Assembly: GCA_963777605.1 (NCBI GenBank)
Contig: CAVZRV010000010.1
Coordinates: 224,001-288,000 of the forward strand
Source: an uncultured Acidobacteriota bacterium
Lineage (GTDB): Bacteria; Acidobacteriota; UBA6911; RPQK01; JAPXNP01
Direction: 5' to 3'
Length of the DNA stretch: 64,000 nucleotides
Shown here: in pieces, positions 19,929 through 29,982 of the stretch
Layout of the letters: each line of letters begins with the position of its first letter
Numbering within the stretch: position 1 is the stretch's first letter
The notes under the pieces: generated by a model
Database searches by the model: none
The model's input: the letters and a program-made list of their open reading frames with translations, nothing else
What the model was told of the DNA's origin: nothing
Translations under genes and position numbers: made by a program

Positions 19929-22568
19929 TTACTGGTTCTTCACTTCCGGAACCGAGGCGCCCAACATCTTCTGGATACCCTCGGGACCTCCCATCGTCGA
20001 CAGCAGGCCCAGGTTCATCCAGAGACGCTCCAGGTCACCCGAACCCGCCACCGTGATCCGGTTCGGCTCGCTGTAGAGTCCTACCAGCACCGGAGGCGTG
20101 TTCTTTAACATTTCGACCAGGGCGGCCTGGTTTTCGCCGGTTCCAGCCAACGACTCCGCCAGCCCTCCCGTAATCGCCGAGTCCAGCAGGGGAGCCAGGT
20201 TCTGATAGTAGAACCCGGACAGATTCACGCTCGAATCGGGTGGTACCAGGGAGGCAAACGTCTGAGAGCTGAGCAGGGAGTAGCCGCTCGAAGCGCACTG
20301 CTGGGCCTGCGCTATCAGTGCCGGATCTGGAGTCAGGATCATATAACCATTAACGTAACGGTAGTACAAAGAAGTTCCCGTTTTCTCGATCTGGAGCTGA
20401 TAAAGTCCATCGGCGTCCCCAACCAGGTTGATTCCCGGCTCCGCGCTTTCGACGGCGGCCTGGTTGACCCGGTTGACGGCCCACTCCACAGTCTTCTGGA
20501 GAGTGGCCGGGTCGTAAACCTCGAGAATGATCTTCCACGCAGGCGTCGGCAGCAGCGGTCCGTCAACTGCCAGTACGAATTCACCACCCAGCGGGGCCGC
20601 GATGTCGTTCCGAATGCTGACCCCCTCCGTGGCTTCAAATTCCTCGATTCCAGCGAGCGCGTCCGGGTCATCCGAAGCGGCGATAGCCAGGAGGTCATCC
20701 ACCAGATCTAACGGCTCGCGGACCACGAAAGCAGCCACCAGGTTGGCGTTGGGGGAGACGAAATCGAGTGCCCCCATCGGACCCGGAGCCGCAATCCAGG
20801 AAATCAATCCCTTTCCGGCGCCCTCGTAGGTCAGGACTGCGCGGCTCTCGGAGACTCCGTCCACCTGCTTGCGTTCGACAACCAGGTCCTGAACCTGGGT
20901 CACTCCAAGCCGGTCGATCACGCCTTCAGCGTGAGCTGCTGCACCTGATTCCGGAGTTGCCTCATGGTTCACCAGGCGCTGCATGTCAACAGCCAGCAGC
21001 CAATCCACTCCGTTGGCATAGCTGTGGGAGACGGTCTCGAAGAGTTTGGTGTCAGCAAAGCCGCCGGGAGCCGAACCCTTCGCCAGGGCGTCCATTCCCT
21101 GCAGCAACGGCACTGAAGGTGAAGCCATTACGAGACCGGAGTTGACCAGAAGTGAAAGGCCCTTTGCCGACTCGTCGAGCTTCGCACCATCCATCACGAG
21201 TTGCACGACCCCACCTTCTTCAACCTGCGGGTTCACCTTCGCGATCTGCGCACCGACGAGTCCGGCAAACTGGTCCGCATCCACAACATCAGCCAGCAAT
21301 ATCGGAGTGACATCGGCCGAGTCGGGCTGAGAGACGAGTGCGATCACGACTTCTTCGCCGACCAGGTTTCCGAGACTCTGGAGCTGGGCTACGAGATCGT
21401 CAAACTCACCCAATTTGTCAACCGCCTCCGGATGTTCCTGGAAGTATTGTGACACCGAAGGGTTCTGCTCGATTCGCTGTCTGAAGAGCTGATACACCGT
21501 TCCCAGTTTCCCGCTCACGTTCGGCAGTGCGGCATAGACTACGGTCCCTGCCGGGAGAATCCCGATGAGACTGCTGGAATAGCGGAGGTGATCTCCAAAG
21601 CTGGCGGCGTTGAGTTCCTGGTGCAGTTGGCTCATTTCCCTCAAGAGGGCGAGGTGCTGATCCGAGTTCTCGCTCCAGGAGAACTCGGTTTTGAGAGGAA
21701 CCATCTGGAGCCGGTTGCGGGTCGAATATTGCTCGCCTGGCGTCAGGACCGTGTTCTGTCCCGACTTCTCTACCCAGACTTCGCCTTCCAGGACCGAGAC
21801 ACGGGACCCGTTGACCCCGTGATTCACCGAGAACACCGTTCCTTTCACGGCAACCCGACAGTCGTTCGTAGAAACGTAGAGGTGACCACTTCCCTGCTTG
21901 GCAGCTTCGACGATCACCTGCCCGCGGCTGAGCTGTAAAGTCCGGCTGTTCCAGCCTTCATGGACACCCAGTTCGGTGCGTTCAGCCAGCTCCACGAGCG
22001 AACCGTCGTTCAGGCGCAGCATGGCGCGAGCGCCTTTACCGGTTCTCACGAGTTCCTGGGACTCGAAGACGGCTCCCACCGCAACCGGTCTCATCTCCCC
22101 ATCCGACACCATGAAGACCGGTCCCGATGCACGATCGAGCGCGGCCACGGTCATGCGCACCCCGGGGATGAGCCCGTTCCAGGACGCGATCTGGAACACC
22201 AGTGCCGCGAGAAGGAGAGTGGCAGCGAGAGCTCCCCACCGCAGCCACGGGTGAACAACGAAGGCCGGACGCTCTTGTCGCTGGTCAAGCCGGTCAGTTC
22301 GCGCTGCAGTCAAAGCCTTCCGGCAACGTACGCAATGTTGGGTGTGGTCCTCCAGGAGCAACCGTCGCGCCGGGGTCAGCCGGCCTGCCAGAAACTCGGG
22401 GATAAGCGACTGGAACTCTTCACAACTCTGGATCCCCCTGGATTCGTGCAGCCGCCCTCTGACCCGCTCGGAAATCGTCGCCACCTGCTCAGGCGAAAGT
22501 TCTTCCTGACGGAGAGCCTCAACAGCCTGATCAAGCATCGCTTCTTGTCGCTTTTCGTTCTCATTCAT
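19929..22568 (-). CDS. Anti-sigma factor: zf-HC2 + TM + FecR domain + large extracytoplasmic region
   Basis: C..F...IPEFL.G.L...HTQHCVRC (HxxxCxxC), TM, L.DGS.VEL.E.T, VAVKGTVFSV, VSVLEGEV; directly downstream of the ECF sigma. Confidence 0.85.
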   Translation of the reverse strand: MNENEKRQEAMLDQAVEALRQEELSPEQVATISERVRGRLHESRGIQSCEEFQSLIPEFLAGRLTPARRLLLEDHTQHCVRCRKALTAARTDRLDQRQERPAFVVHPWLRWGALAATLLLAALVFQIASWNGLIPGVRMTVAALDRASGPVFMVSDGEMRPVAVGAVFESQELVRTGKGARAMLRLNDGSLVELAERTELGVHEGWNSRTLQLSRGQVIVEAAKQGSGHLYVSTNDCRVAVKGTVFSVNHGVNGSRVSVLEGEVWVEKSGQNTVLTPGEQYSTRNRLQMVPLKTEFSWSENSDQHLALLREMSQLHQELNAASFGDHLRYSSSLIGILPAGTVVYAALPNVSGKLGTVYQLFRQRIEQNPSVSQYFQEHPEAVDKLGEFDDLVAQLQSLGNLVGEEVVIALVSQPDSADVTPILLADVVDADQFAGLVGAQIAKVNPQVEEGGVVQLVMDGAKLDESAKGLSLLVNSGLVMASPSVPLLQGMDALAKGSAPGGFADTKLFETVSHSYANGVDWLLAVDMQRLVNHEATPESGAAAHAEGVIDRLGVTQVQDLVVERKQVDGVSESRAVLTYEGAGKGLISWIAAPGPMGALDFVSPNANLVAAFVVREPLDLVDDLLAIAASDDPDALAGIEEFEATEGVSIRNDIAAPLGGEFVLAVDGPLLPTPAWKIILEVYDPATLQKTVEWAVNRVNQAAVESAEPGINLVGDADGLYQLQIEKTGTSLYYRYVNGYMILTPDPALIAQAQQCASSGYSLLSSQTFASLVPPDSSVNLSGFYYQNLAPLLDSAITGGLAESLAGTGENQAALVEMLKNTPPVLVGLYSEPNRITVAGSGDLERLWMNLGLLSTMGGPEGIQKMLGASVPEVKNQ

Positions 22569-22569
22569 C

Positions 22570-23121
22570 TCAATTTCCTCCCAGGAAAGAGGAGGCCTCT
22601 TCCTGTAACCGAACCCTTGTTCTGTGGAGAGTCACTGCAATCGTCCCCGCGCTGGTTCCGAGGAGATCGGCAATTTCCTGATTGCTATAACCTTCGAGGA
22701 ATCGCAGCACGAACATCTCGGCAGACTTGGGACGAAGCCGCGCGATCGCCGCCCTGAGCCACCGTGCCAGTTCCTTTGACGAACTCAACTGGTCCGGGCG
22801 GCTCGTGGGGTGGGAACCGGGCACCGGGCCGACTTCGTCGATTGAGAGCGCGTTGGCGCTCTTGCGCGAGCGAACGATGTCGAGAGCTGCGTTGATGGCG
22901 GCCCGGTGAAGGTAGGCTCGTGCCCCCTGTCCCAGTTCCGGCATCTGTTTTCTGCGCAGCAAGCGGATGAAAACCGTCTGCAGGACGTCTTCCGCATCGT
23001 CCACGCTCCCGGTAATCCGGAAAGCTGACTGGAGTACGACCCGGCGGTGTTCCTCAAAAAGCTCCTGGATCGTTTGTGCCGACTCGGTTGCTTCTGGCAT
23101 TTGGATTCTCACTGCCTGCAC
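22570..23121 (-). CDS. ECF-type RNA polymerase sigma factor
   Basis: DAEDVLQTVF (region 2), FVLR.LEGYSNQEIA.LLG.S.GTI (region 4); GTG start with SD GAGGAG. Confidence 0.93.
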   Translation of the reverse strand: MQAVRIQMPEATESAQTIQELFEEHRRVVLQSAFRITGSVDDAEDVLQTVFIRLLRRKQMPELGQGARAYLHRAAINAALDIVRSRKSANALSIDEVGPVPGSHPTSRPDQLSSSKELARWLRAAIARLRPKSAEMFVLRFLEGYSNQEIADLLGTSAGTIAVTLHRTRVRLQEEASSFLGGN

Positions 23122-23148
23122 GGCTCAACTCCTCTCGTTTCATTAAAC

Positions 23149-23177
23149 AAAACGGAGGAGGGAGTGATTTATTAACA
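23149..23177 (-). promoter_or_regulatory. Candidate ECF autoregulatory promoter
   Basis: TGTTAA-N17-CGTTTT in an AT-rich patch about 30 nt upstream of the sigma start. Confidence 0.4.
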
Positions 23178-23270
23178 ACGGGTCCCGAAAAACGCGAAGG
23201 CGGTTCGGGGAGGATGGGAAGGATCTCAAACCGACCCGGCTTCCAAGACCACCGCCAGCCGGGGTCCACG

Positions 23271-24479
23271 TCAAAGAGTGGCGCAAAGACGGAGAAGGAA
23301 GGCGCAGAGCAAACCTCCATAAGTGCCCAGAACATAGCCCAGAACGCCCATCAAGACTCCGACCGGGGCCAATCCCTCGTAATACGCGGCGGCCACGATC
23401 GGAGCGGTGGCGGCTCCCCCCACGTTAGCCTGGCTGCCAACGGCTACCAGGAAGAGAGGAGCACGCAGCAATTTGGCGCCGGCAAACAGCACTCCGACGT
23501 GAATCATAATCCAGAGCACACCAACCAGCAAAAGCACGGGCGCCTCCAACAGCCCTGCCGGGTTCGCCTTTGCCCCGAGCGAAGTCAGGAACAGGTAGAG
23601 GGCCGCATACCCAATCTTTGACGCGCCGCCCCGCTCGAACCGTTGGATCGGGGTAAGTGAGAGAAGGAGTCCGGCCGTCGTGATGACAATGACCATCCAG
23701 GTGAATTCGGAAAACACCGACGCCAGGGCCGGGCTGACACTGCGCAGTACCGGGTCCAGAGTTTCGAACAGGTGACGGCCCAAAAAGTGACCCCCAACGG
23801 CCCCCACCAACCCGAGTGCCACCGTCCCGGTGACGTCCAGTACCGTCACCGGGCGCGATTCCGCGACCTGGGTCTCCTGCAGCCTTCGGCTCAAGTCTCG
23901 GAAAACTTCGACGCCAGCTCCCGTCCAACGATCGAACCGGCCCTGGTAGTTGGCGAGAATCAGAAGAATGCCGGTCCAACTGTAGGCGACCGCGGTATCG
24001 ACGACGATTATCGGACCAATCAGCGAATCCGGAGCCGCAACAGCTTCTTTGACGGCGGCGAAGTTCCCTCCACCCCCGATCCAGCTTCCTGACAGCGCCG
24101 CCAGCGCCTTCCACGAATCAGGCGGCAACCACGCCTTGAAACAAAGGAACGCAATCGGCCCACCGATGATGATTCCGAGCGCGCCAACCGTCATCATGGC
24201 CAGAGCCATGGGGCCTATCCTCAGCACGGCTGGGAGGTCGATCGTTACCATCAGCAGGAAAATCGAGAAGGGCAGGAGGTAATCTCGCATCCAGTCATAG
24301 GCGACTGACTGGCTGGGAAGCACTCCCGACACCGAGAGCAGCGTCGGAAGGTAGTAAATCAGGACGACCGAAGGCACGATTTTGTACACACGAGAGCCCC
24401 ACCCCGTCGAGGCGCTCCAGAACACCAGAGCACACACCGAGGCGCACACCGCAATAATGGGCATCGGGTCTTGGATCAT
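23271..24479 (-). CDS. DUF819-family integral membrane protein
   Basis: LSGSWIGGGGNF.AV, GSQANVGGAATAP..AA; about 12 TMs. Confidence 0.85.
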   Translation of the reverse strand: MIQDPMPIIAVCASVCALVFWSASTGWGSRVYKIVPSVVLIYYLPTLLSVSGVLPSQSVAYDWMRDYLLPFSIFLLMVTIDLPAVLRIGPMALAMMTVGALGIIIGGPIAFLCFKAWLPPDSWKALAALSGSWIGGGGNFAAVKEAVAAPDSLIGPIIVVDTAVAYSWTGILLILANYQGRFDRWTGAGVEVFRDLSRRLQETQVAESRPVTVLDVTGTVALGLVGAVGGHFLGRHLFETLDPVLRSVSPALASVFSEFTWMVIVITTAGLLLSLTPIQRFERGGASKIGYAALYLFLTSLGAKANPAGLLEAPVLLLVGVLWIMIHVGVLFAGAKLLRAPLFLVAVGSQANVGGAATAPIVAAAYYEGLAPVGVLMGVLGYVLGTYGGLLCAFLLRLCATL

Positions 24480-24551
24480 GTCGCCTTACCTGCCGGACCG
24501 AAAGCCTATCTGGAGCAAGCCATTCGGCGCAACCCATGCTAGATTAGGGGG

Positions 24552-27425
24552 ATGACCTCCGACGACCGCTCAGAGTTCCTGCAGCAGCTTTCAAAACAGA
24601 TCAGGGGTGGGGTGCGCACGGATCGCATGTCTCGCCTCCTTTACAGTACGGACGCCAGCCTTTATCAGATCCAGCCTCTGGCGGTGGCCTTCCCCGCCGA
24701 CGAGGAAGACGTGATTGCGGCGGTGAACCTCGCCGCCCGCCATCGTGTCCCGATTCTTGGCCGTGGAGCCGGCACCAGCCTGGCCGGGCAGACCGTGTCT
24801 CCGGGACTCGTCCTTGATTTTTCGCGCCACATGAACCAGGTCCTCGAGGTCAACCCGGAAGAACGCTGGGTCCGGGTTCAGCCCGGGATAGTACTCGACA
24901 ACCTGAACGCCCACCTGGCTCCGCACGGCCTCTTCTTCGCACCGGATGTCGCAACCAGTTCGCGGGCGAATGTCGGAGGCATGATCGGCAACAACTCGTC
25001 CGGAACGCGTTCCGTCCGCTACGGCAAAACTGTCGATCACGTCCTGGCTCTCCGGGCGGTCCTCGCATCCGGAGAGCCGTTCTGGTTTGAACAGTTTGAC
25101 GAAGCTCAGGTTGACCGGAAGTCCTCCGGTGACGGTACCGAAGCCGCGATCTATCGGTCGATCCGGAAGATCGTCGAGAAACACCGGGAGCAGATTGAGA
25201 GTCAATATCCGAAAGTAATGCGTCGAGTGAGCGGATACAACCTCGACGAACTGGTCGATCCCGGGCGATTCAACCTGGCCAAGCTCCTGTGCGGTTCGGA
25301 GGGGACGTTGGGTGTCTTCACGGAGGCGCGACTAAACCTTGAACCGGTCCCGCGATCCCGGATGGTGGCCGTTCTCCACTTTCAAGACATGCTGGAGGCC
25401 ATCCGAACAGTTCCGGCCATTCTCGAATATCGTCCCTCGGCCGTCGAACTGCTGGACCATTACGGAATGGAGCTGGCCCGCTCCAATCCCAATGTTTCGG
25501 CGCTCTGCCGCGAGTTCATTTCCGGCGATCCCCAGGCCATCCTGTTGGTCGAGTTCAGCGACGGGGCGGACGACGTTGTGCGAGGCTGGTTCACCCAGAT
25601 GGCAGCCGATCCTCGTGTCAAGGAGCGGGTGTTCCACATTCACCAGGCCCTTTTGGCTACCCAGCAGCAGCACGTCTGGCAGGTTCGCAAGAACGCCCTC
25701 GGCGTGATGCTGGGCATTCGGGGGGACTACAAACCCCTCGCCTTCATCGAAGATTCATGCGTTCCGGTTGAGCATCTCGCTGAGTACGTGGCCGCGATCC
25801 AGGAGGTCTGCCGACGGCACGAGCGGTCACTGGCACTCTATGCCCACGCCAGCGTGGGCGTCATCCACCTCCGCCCGCTGCTCAATCTTCGCCAGCAGGA
25901 AGATGTCGAGAAACTCAGGGCGATCTCGGGAGAAGCGTTTGACCTGGTCAAGAAGTTCGGCGGTTCCTGGAGCGGTGAGCACGGTGACGGCCTCGTCAGA
26001 AGCTACAAGCTCCAGGAATTTTTCGGCGACGAGCTGTACCAGGCGTTTCGAGAGGTCAAGTCGGTCTTTGACCCGGACGGGATCCTGAACCCGGGCAAGA
26101 TCGTCGACGCTCCCGACCCGACGGAGAACTTCCGCATCCACCCCGGCTATCACACATCGTTCCCGGCAACCTATTACCGGTTCGAACAGGAAGGGGGCTT
26201 CGACAAGGCGGTTGAACTCTGTACCGGAGTGGGGCAATGCCGAAAGACAATTGCGGGCACGATGTGCCCCTCCTTTATCGCCACCCGGGACGAGGAACAC
26301 TCGACGCGGGGCCGGGCGAACGCCCTGCGCGTCGCGATGGCAGGGCAGTTAGGCCCCGACGGATTCCAATCCCCTCGCCTTTTCGAGGTCCTCGACCTCT
26401 GCCTCGAGTGCAAGGCCTGCAAGTCGGAGTGTCCTTCCAACGTCGACATGGCCAAGATGAAGGCGGAATTCCTATCCCACTATTACGAGTCTCACGGATT
26501 TCCGCTCGACAAGAAGCTCGTGGGAGCTACCCGGCGAACCGCCGAACTGGCCAGCAAAATGCCGGGGCTGGCCAACTGGGCAACCGGGAATCCCGTCACC
26601 GGACTGCTTCTGGAACGCTTCGCGGGCTTTGACCGTCGCCGGAAACCGCCCCGGTATGCCGGCAAGACCTTTGGAAAGTGGTTCAGGGAGCGAGCCGCCC
26701 ACGTTTCGCCAGGCCGCCCAACAGTGACGATTTTCGGCGACACATTCACCAATTTTTACGAACCCGAAGTCGGAATCTCGGCCTTCCAGGTCCTGGAGGC
26801 ACTTGGGTACGACGTCCAGGTCGCCGACGTCGGCTGCTGCGGAAGACCCCTGATCTCCTCGGGAATGCTCCGCAGGGCTCGCGACGAGGGTGGAGTCCTG
26901 ATCGAGCGTCTGGCTCGAATTGAGACCCCGATTCTTGTTCTTGAACCGAGTTGCTACTCCACTCTGAAGGATGATTACCCCGATTTAATGGTGGATTGCG
27001 AGCTGACCCGCAACGTCCTCGAACGGGTCTTTTCGCTGGAGGAGTTTCTGGGACTGCCCGACAACGCCGAGCGCCTTTCCTCGCTTTTTACAAAGGCGCC
27101 ATCGCAAGTCCTGTTCCACGGCCACTGTCAACAGAAGGCCCTGATCGGGGGCGGCCCGACGCTCAGGATGCTCGGGAAGCTGCCCGGGACAGCGGTTGAG
27201 GAAGTGCCCGAAGGGTGTTGCGGAATGGCCGGGGTCTTTGGCTACGAGAAGCGTCACTACGAACTCTCCGAAAAGATCGGCTCCCGGCATCTCCTGCCCG
27301 CGATTCGCAATGCCGAACCGGGGACGATGGTCGTGGTCTCAGGCACCAGCTGCCGTTCCCAAGTCCGCCACTTCACCGATGCCGACCCCGTGCATCCAGC
27401 CGTTGCGCTCGCCCGGTCGCTATAA
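24552..27425 (+). CDS. FAD-linked oxidase with 4Fe-4S dicluster and CCG domains (YdiJ/GlcD-GlcF-like 2-hydroxyacid dehydrogenase)
   Basis: RGAGTSLAGQ, GSEGTLG, SGEHGDG, LNPGK, CTGVGQC..CPS, CLECKACKSECP, CCG motifs. Confidence 0.92.
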   Translation: MTSDDRSEFLQQLSKQIRGGVRTDRMSRLLYSTDASLYQIQPLAVAFPADEEDVIAAVNLAARHRVPILGRGAGTSLAGQTVSPGLVLDFSRHMNQVLEVNPEERWVRVQPGIVLDNLNAHLAPHGLFFAPDVATSSRANVGGMIGNNSSGTRSVRYGKTVDHVLALRAVLASGEPFWFEQFDEAQVDRKSSGDGTEAAIYRSIRKIVEKHREQIESQYPKVMRRVSGYNLDELVDPGRFNLAKLLCGSEGTLGVFTEARLNLEPVPRSRMVAVLHFQDMLEAIRTVPAILEYRPSAVELLDHYGMELARSNPNVSALCREFISGDPQAILLVEFSDGADDVVRGWFTQMAADPRVKERVFHIHQALLATQQQHVWQVRKNALGVMLGIRGDYKPLAFIEDSCVPVEHLAEYVAAIQEVCRRHERSLALYAHASVGVIHLRPLLNLRQQEDVEKLRAISGEAFDLVKKFGGSWSGEHGDGLVRSYKLQEFFGDELYQAFREVKSVFDPDGILNPGKIVDAPDPTENFRIHPGYHTSFPATYYRFEQEGGFDKAVELCTGVGQCRKTIAGTMCPSFIATRDEEHSTRGRANALRVAMAGQLGPDGFQSPRLFEVLDLCLECKACKSECPSNVDMAKMKAEFLSHYYESHGFPLDKKLVGATRRTAELASKMPGLANWATGNPVTGLLLERFAGFDRRRKPPRYAGKTFGKWFRERAAHVSPGRPTVTIFGDTFTNFYEPEVGISAFQVLEALGYDVQVADVGCCGRPLISSGMLRRARDEGGVLIERLARIETPILVLEPSCYSTLKDDYPDLMVDCELTRNVLERVFSLEEFLGLPDNAERLSSLFTKAPSQVLFHGHCQQKALIGGGPTLRMLGKLPGTAVEEVPEGCCGMAGVFGYEKRHYELSEKIGSRHLLPAIRNAEPGTMVVVSGTSCRSQVRHFTDADPVHPAVALARSL

Positions 27426-27427
27426 GC

Positions 27428-29458
27428 TCAGGAGTCAGACCGATCGGACAGGTCGGAAGGGTCGGCCCCTCCCGCTCGAGCTTCATCCAGCACTCGCCGA
27501 ACGATTTTGGCGATCTCGTGAACCCGAATCGGCTTCATCAGGAATTCCTTGATGCCCGCCTTCAAGGCATCGGCCGGAGTGACCACATCACTGTACCCCG
27601 TACAGAGGATAATCGGCAGAGCGGGCCGTGCCTCGAGACATGCTTTCGCGAGTTCGAGGCCGGTCAGCCCCGGCATTGTCTGATCGGTCACTACCAGGTC
27701 GAAATCGTCGGGACGGGCGAAAAAAGCCTTCAGCGCTTCCCTGCTGTCCGTAAAAGCCGTGACCCGGTAAGCCTGTCTTTCAAAAATCCGCTGGGCAACG
27801 GCGACCAGGCTCTGCTCGTCATCGACCCAGAGAATTCGTTCTCCTCCCTGCGGCATCTCGGATTTCGTCTCGGTTTCTTTCTTCTCTGGCCGCCCTGCCG
27901 CGCGGGGAAGAAAAACCGAGAATTTCGAACCCTCCCCCAATGCACTCTGGACCTTGATCGCTCCCCCATGACCCCGAAGAATTCCATAGGCGACCGCCAG
28001 TCCCAAGCCGGTCCCTTCGCCAGGTGACTTCGTGGTGAAGAAGGGCTCGAAGATTCTGGCCTGTGTCTCAGGGCTCATTCCGTACCCGGTGTCGGAAACG
28101 ACCAGTTCAAAATAACTGCCGGGCGTCAGTTCGGGACAGAATGACAGCTCAGACGGCTCCAGTTCTCTTGTTCCCAACCGAATCCCGAGGACTCCGCCAC
28201 CGGACCGCATCGCGTGAGAAGCATTCGTGCAGAGATTCATGAGGACCTGGTGCACCTCGGTTGCATTGGCAAGGATCGAGTACGAACCCGGCTCGATGTG
28301 GCAGGTCATCTCAATCGTTGAGGGCAGCGTAGCACGGAGCAGGGCGAGCACCTCTTTAACCAGGTTCTGGAGATCCACGAGTTCGCGTTCCGGTGAGCCC
28401 TTCCGGCTGAAAGTCAGGATCTGATGAACGAGCTCTCGAGCACGGCCCGCGCTGGCCAAAACATCACCCAGGTCCTCTCGCGCCAAACTGTTCTCAGGAA
28501 TCTGCATAAGAGCCATTTCAGTGAAACCGAAAATCGCACTCAAAACGTTGTTGAAATCGTGAGCAATTCCTCCCGCCAGAGCACCCAGAGCTTCGAGTTT
28601 CTGAGTCTCCTGGACTTGGGCCTCCAGTTCCTTGCGCTCTCGCTCCGCGCGTTTCGTCTCCGTGATGTCCAGGATAATCCCGAGCAGGCGTTCCGGCTCG
28701 CCTGAACTTTCGCAAGCGGTGATCTTGCCCCGTCCCATCATCCAGCGCCACTCGCCCGACTTCGCCCTCAGCCGGAACTCGATGGATGATCCCTGCCCAA
28801 CGTCCGGGCTGCCCGTGCCGGCCAGACTTCCGCCTCTCAGGTTCTCAAACAGCTTCCGGTCCTCAGGGTGGACCGTCTCAAGGAATTCTTCGGGGGTCCC
28901 GGGAATTTCATTGGTGCTGTAACCAAGCATCCGACCATACTGGGCACTGACTTTCGACGTGCCGTAGCGCAGGTTCACCTCCCACTGCGCTCCATTCGCG
29001 GCATCAAGTGCCATGTTCAACCGTTGCTCGCTCTCCCGAAGCGCCTGTTCCACCCGGCGACGGGCGCTGATGTCGCGGGCAACCGTGTGCATGTAAGTCC
29101 GGCCTTGGACGACGATCCTGCGGTTGTTGAACTCGACATCGACCGTGGTCCCATCACTGCGGAGCAGGGGAGCTTCAGTGAGCTTCTCCTCCCCGCTCAA
29201 AATCCGGCTGTGTTCGGTCTGGTAAGGAGTGAGGTCTCCTTCCCTGTGAAGGTCCGGGATGCCCATTGACAGGAGTTCTTCTCTCGTGTACCCGGTCAAT
29301 TCACAGGCGGCGCGGTTGACAGCAACAAAACGGGAGCTGACGTCGGAAATAAAAATGGCATCCCGGCATCCCTCGAAAAGTGCTTCACGCCAAACGGGAT
29401 CCGTGTAAATCGGTTTACGGCTCTGCGCTTCGGATTGGTTCCACGAGTCGCTGGCCAT
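27428..29458 (-). CDS. Cytoplasmic PAS-PAS hybrid sensor histidine kinase/receiver (CckA-like architecture)
   Basis: Two PAS/PAC domains, GGIAHDFNN, QVLMNLCTNA, FEPFFTTK..GTGLGL, receiver VDDE..TDQTMPG..KP. Confidence 0.95.
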   Translation of the reverse strand: MASDSWNQSEAQSRKPIYTDPVWREALFEGCRDAIFISDVSSRFVAVNRAACELTGYTREELLSMGIPDLHREGDLTPYQTEHSRILSGEEKLTEAPLLRSDGTTVDVEFNNRRIVVQGRTYMHTVARDISARRRVEQALRESEQRLNMALDAANGAQWEVNLRYGTSKVSAQYGRMLGYSTNEIPGTPEEFLETVHPEDRKLFENLRGGSLAGTGSPDVGQGSSIEFRLRAKSGEWRWMMGRGKITACESSGEPERLLGIILDITETKRAERERKELEAQVQETQKLEALGALAGGIAHDFNNVLSAIFGFTEMALMQIPENSLAREDLGDVLASAGRARELVHQILTFSRKGSPERELVDLQNLVKEVLALLRATLPSTIEMTCHIEPGSYSILANATEVHQVLMNLCTNASHAMRSGGGVLGIRLGTRELEPSELSFCPELTPGSYFELVVSDTGYGMSPETQARIFEPFFTTKSPGEGTGLGLAVAYGILRGHGGAIKVQSALGEGSKFSVFLPRAAGRPEKKETETKSEMPQGGERILWVDDEQSLVAVAQRIFERQAYRVTAFTDSREALKAFFARPDDFDLVVTDQTMPGLTGLELAKACLEARPALPIILCTGYSDVVTPADALKAGIKEFLMKPIRVHEIAKIVRRVLDEARAGGADPSDLSDRSDS

Positions 29459-29682
29459 TGCACTCTCTCTCCAAGATTTGGACTTGAACGGCCGGGCAAG
29501 GGCTTGTGGAAACTCCGGAAACGAGCGTTCCGCACACAAACTCAGTCCAACCCAGTCCCCGTCGACTTATCGTCTCTCTAATTCCCACTCTTTACTACAT
29601 GGCGTCAAGACGAAAAACTGATTTTCGGGCAATTCTCTTAGATTCCTCGCTTTGACCGGATGTTGACATCCAGCGCCTCCAG

Positions 29683-29982
29683 GTGCAGGAACTGCTGCCC
29701 AATCCCCCGGGCTATTCAGCAGTGAGGACTCTGCTGCGAGTCCTCGAGGAGAAGGGCCACCTTGAACACCGCGTTGATGGTCAACGTTATGTCTACTATC
29801 CGGTGGTTAAGCGGCAGCAGGCAAGCCGCTCGGCACTCAAGCATGTGGTTCGTACCTTTTTCGACGGGTCCGTTGAACAAGTGGTTTCGACTCTCCTGGA
29901 CGTCTCCAGGAATGATCTCGACGAAGAGACCTACCGGAAGATTTCAAATTTGATCGAAGAAGCGAGGCGCGAGGGCAAATGA
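29683..29982 (+). pseudogene. BlaI/MecI/CopY repressor, N-terminally truncated
   Basis: LP.PPGYSAVRTLLRVLEEKGH..DG.RYVY.P, VV.TFFDGS; first helix missing, in-frame TGA at 29653, no SD. Confidence 0.7.
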
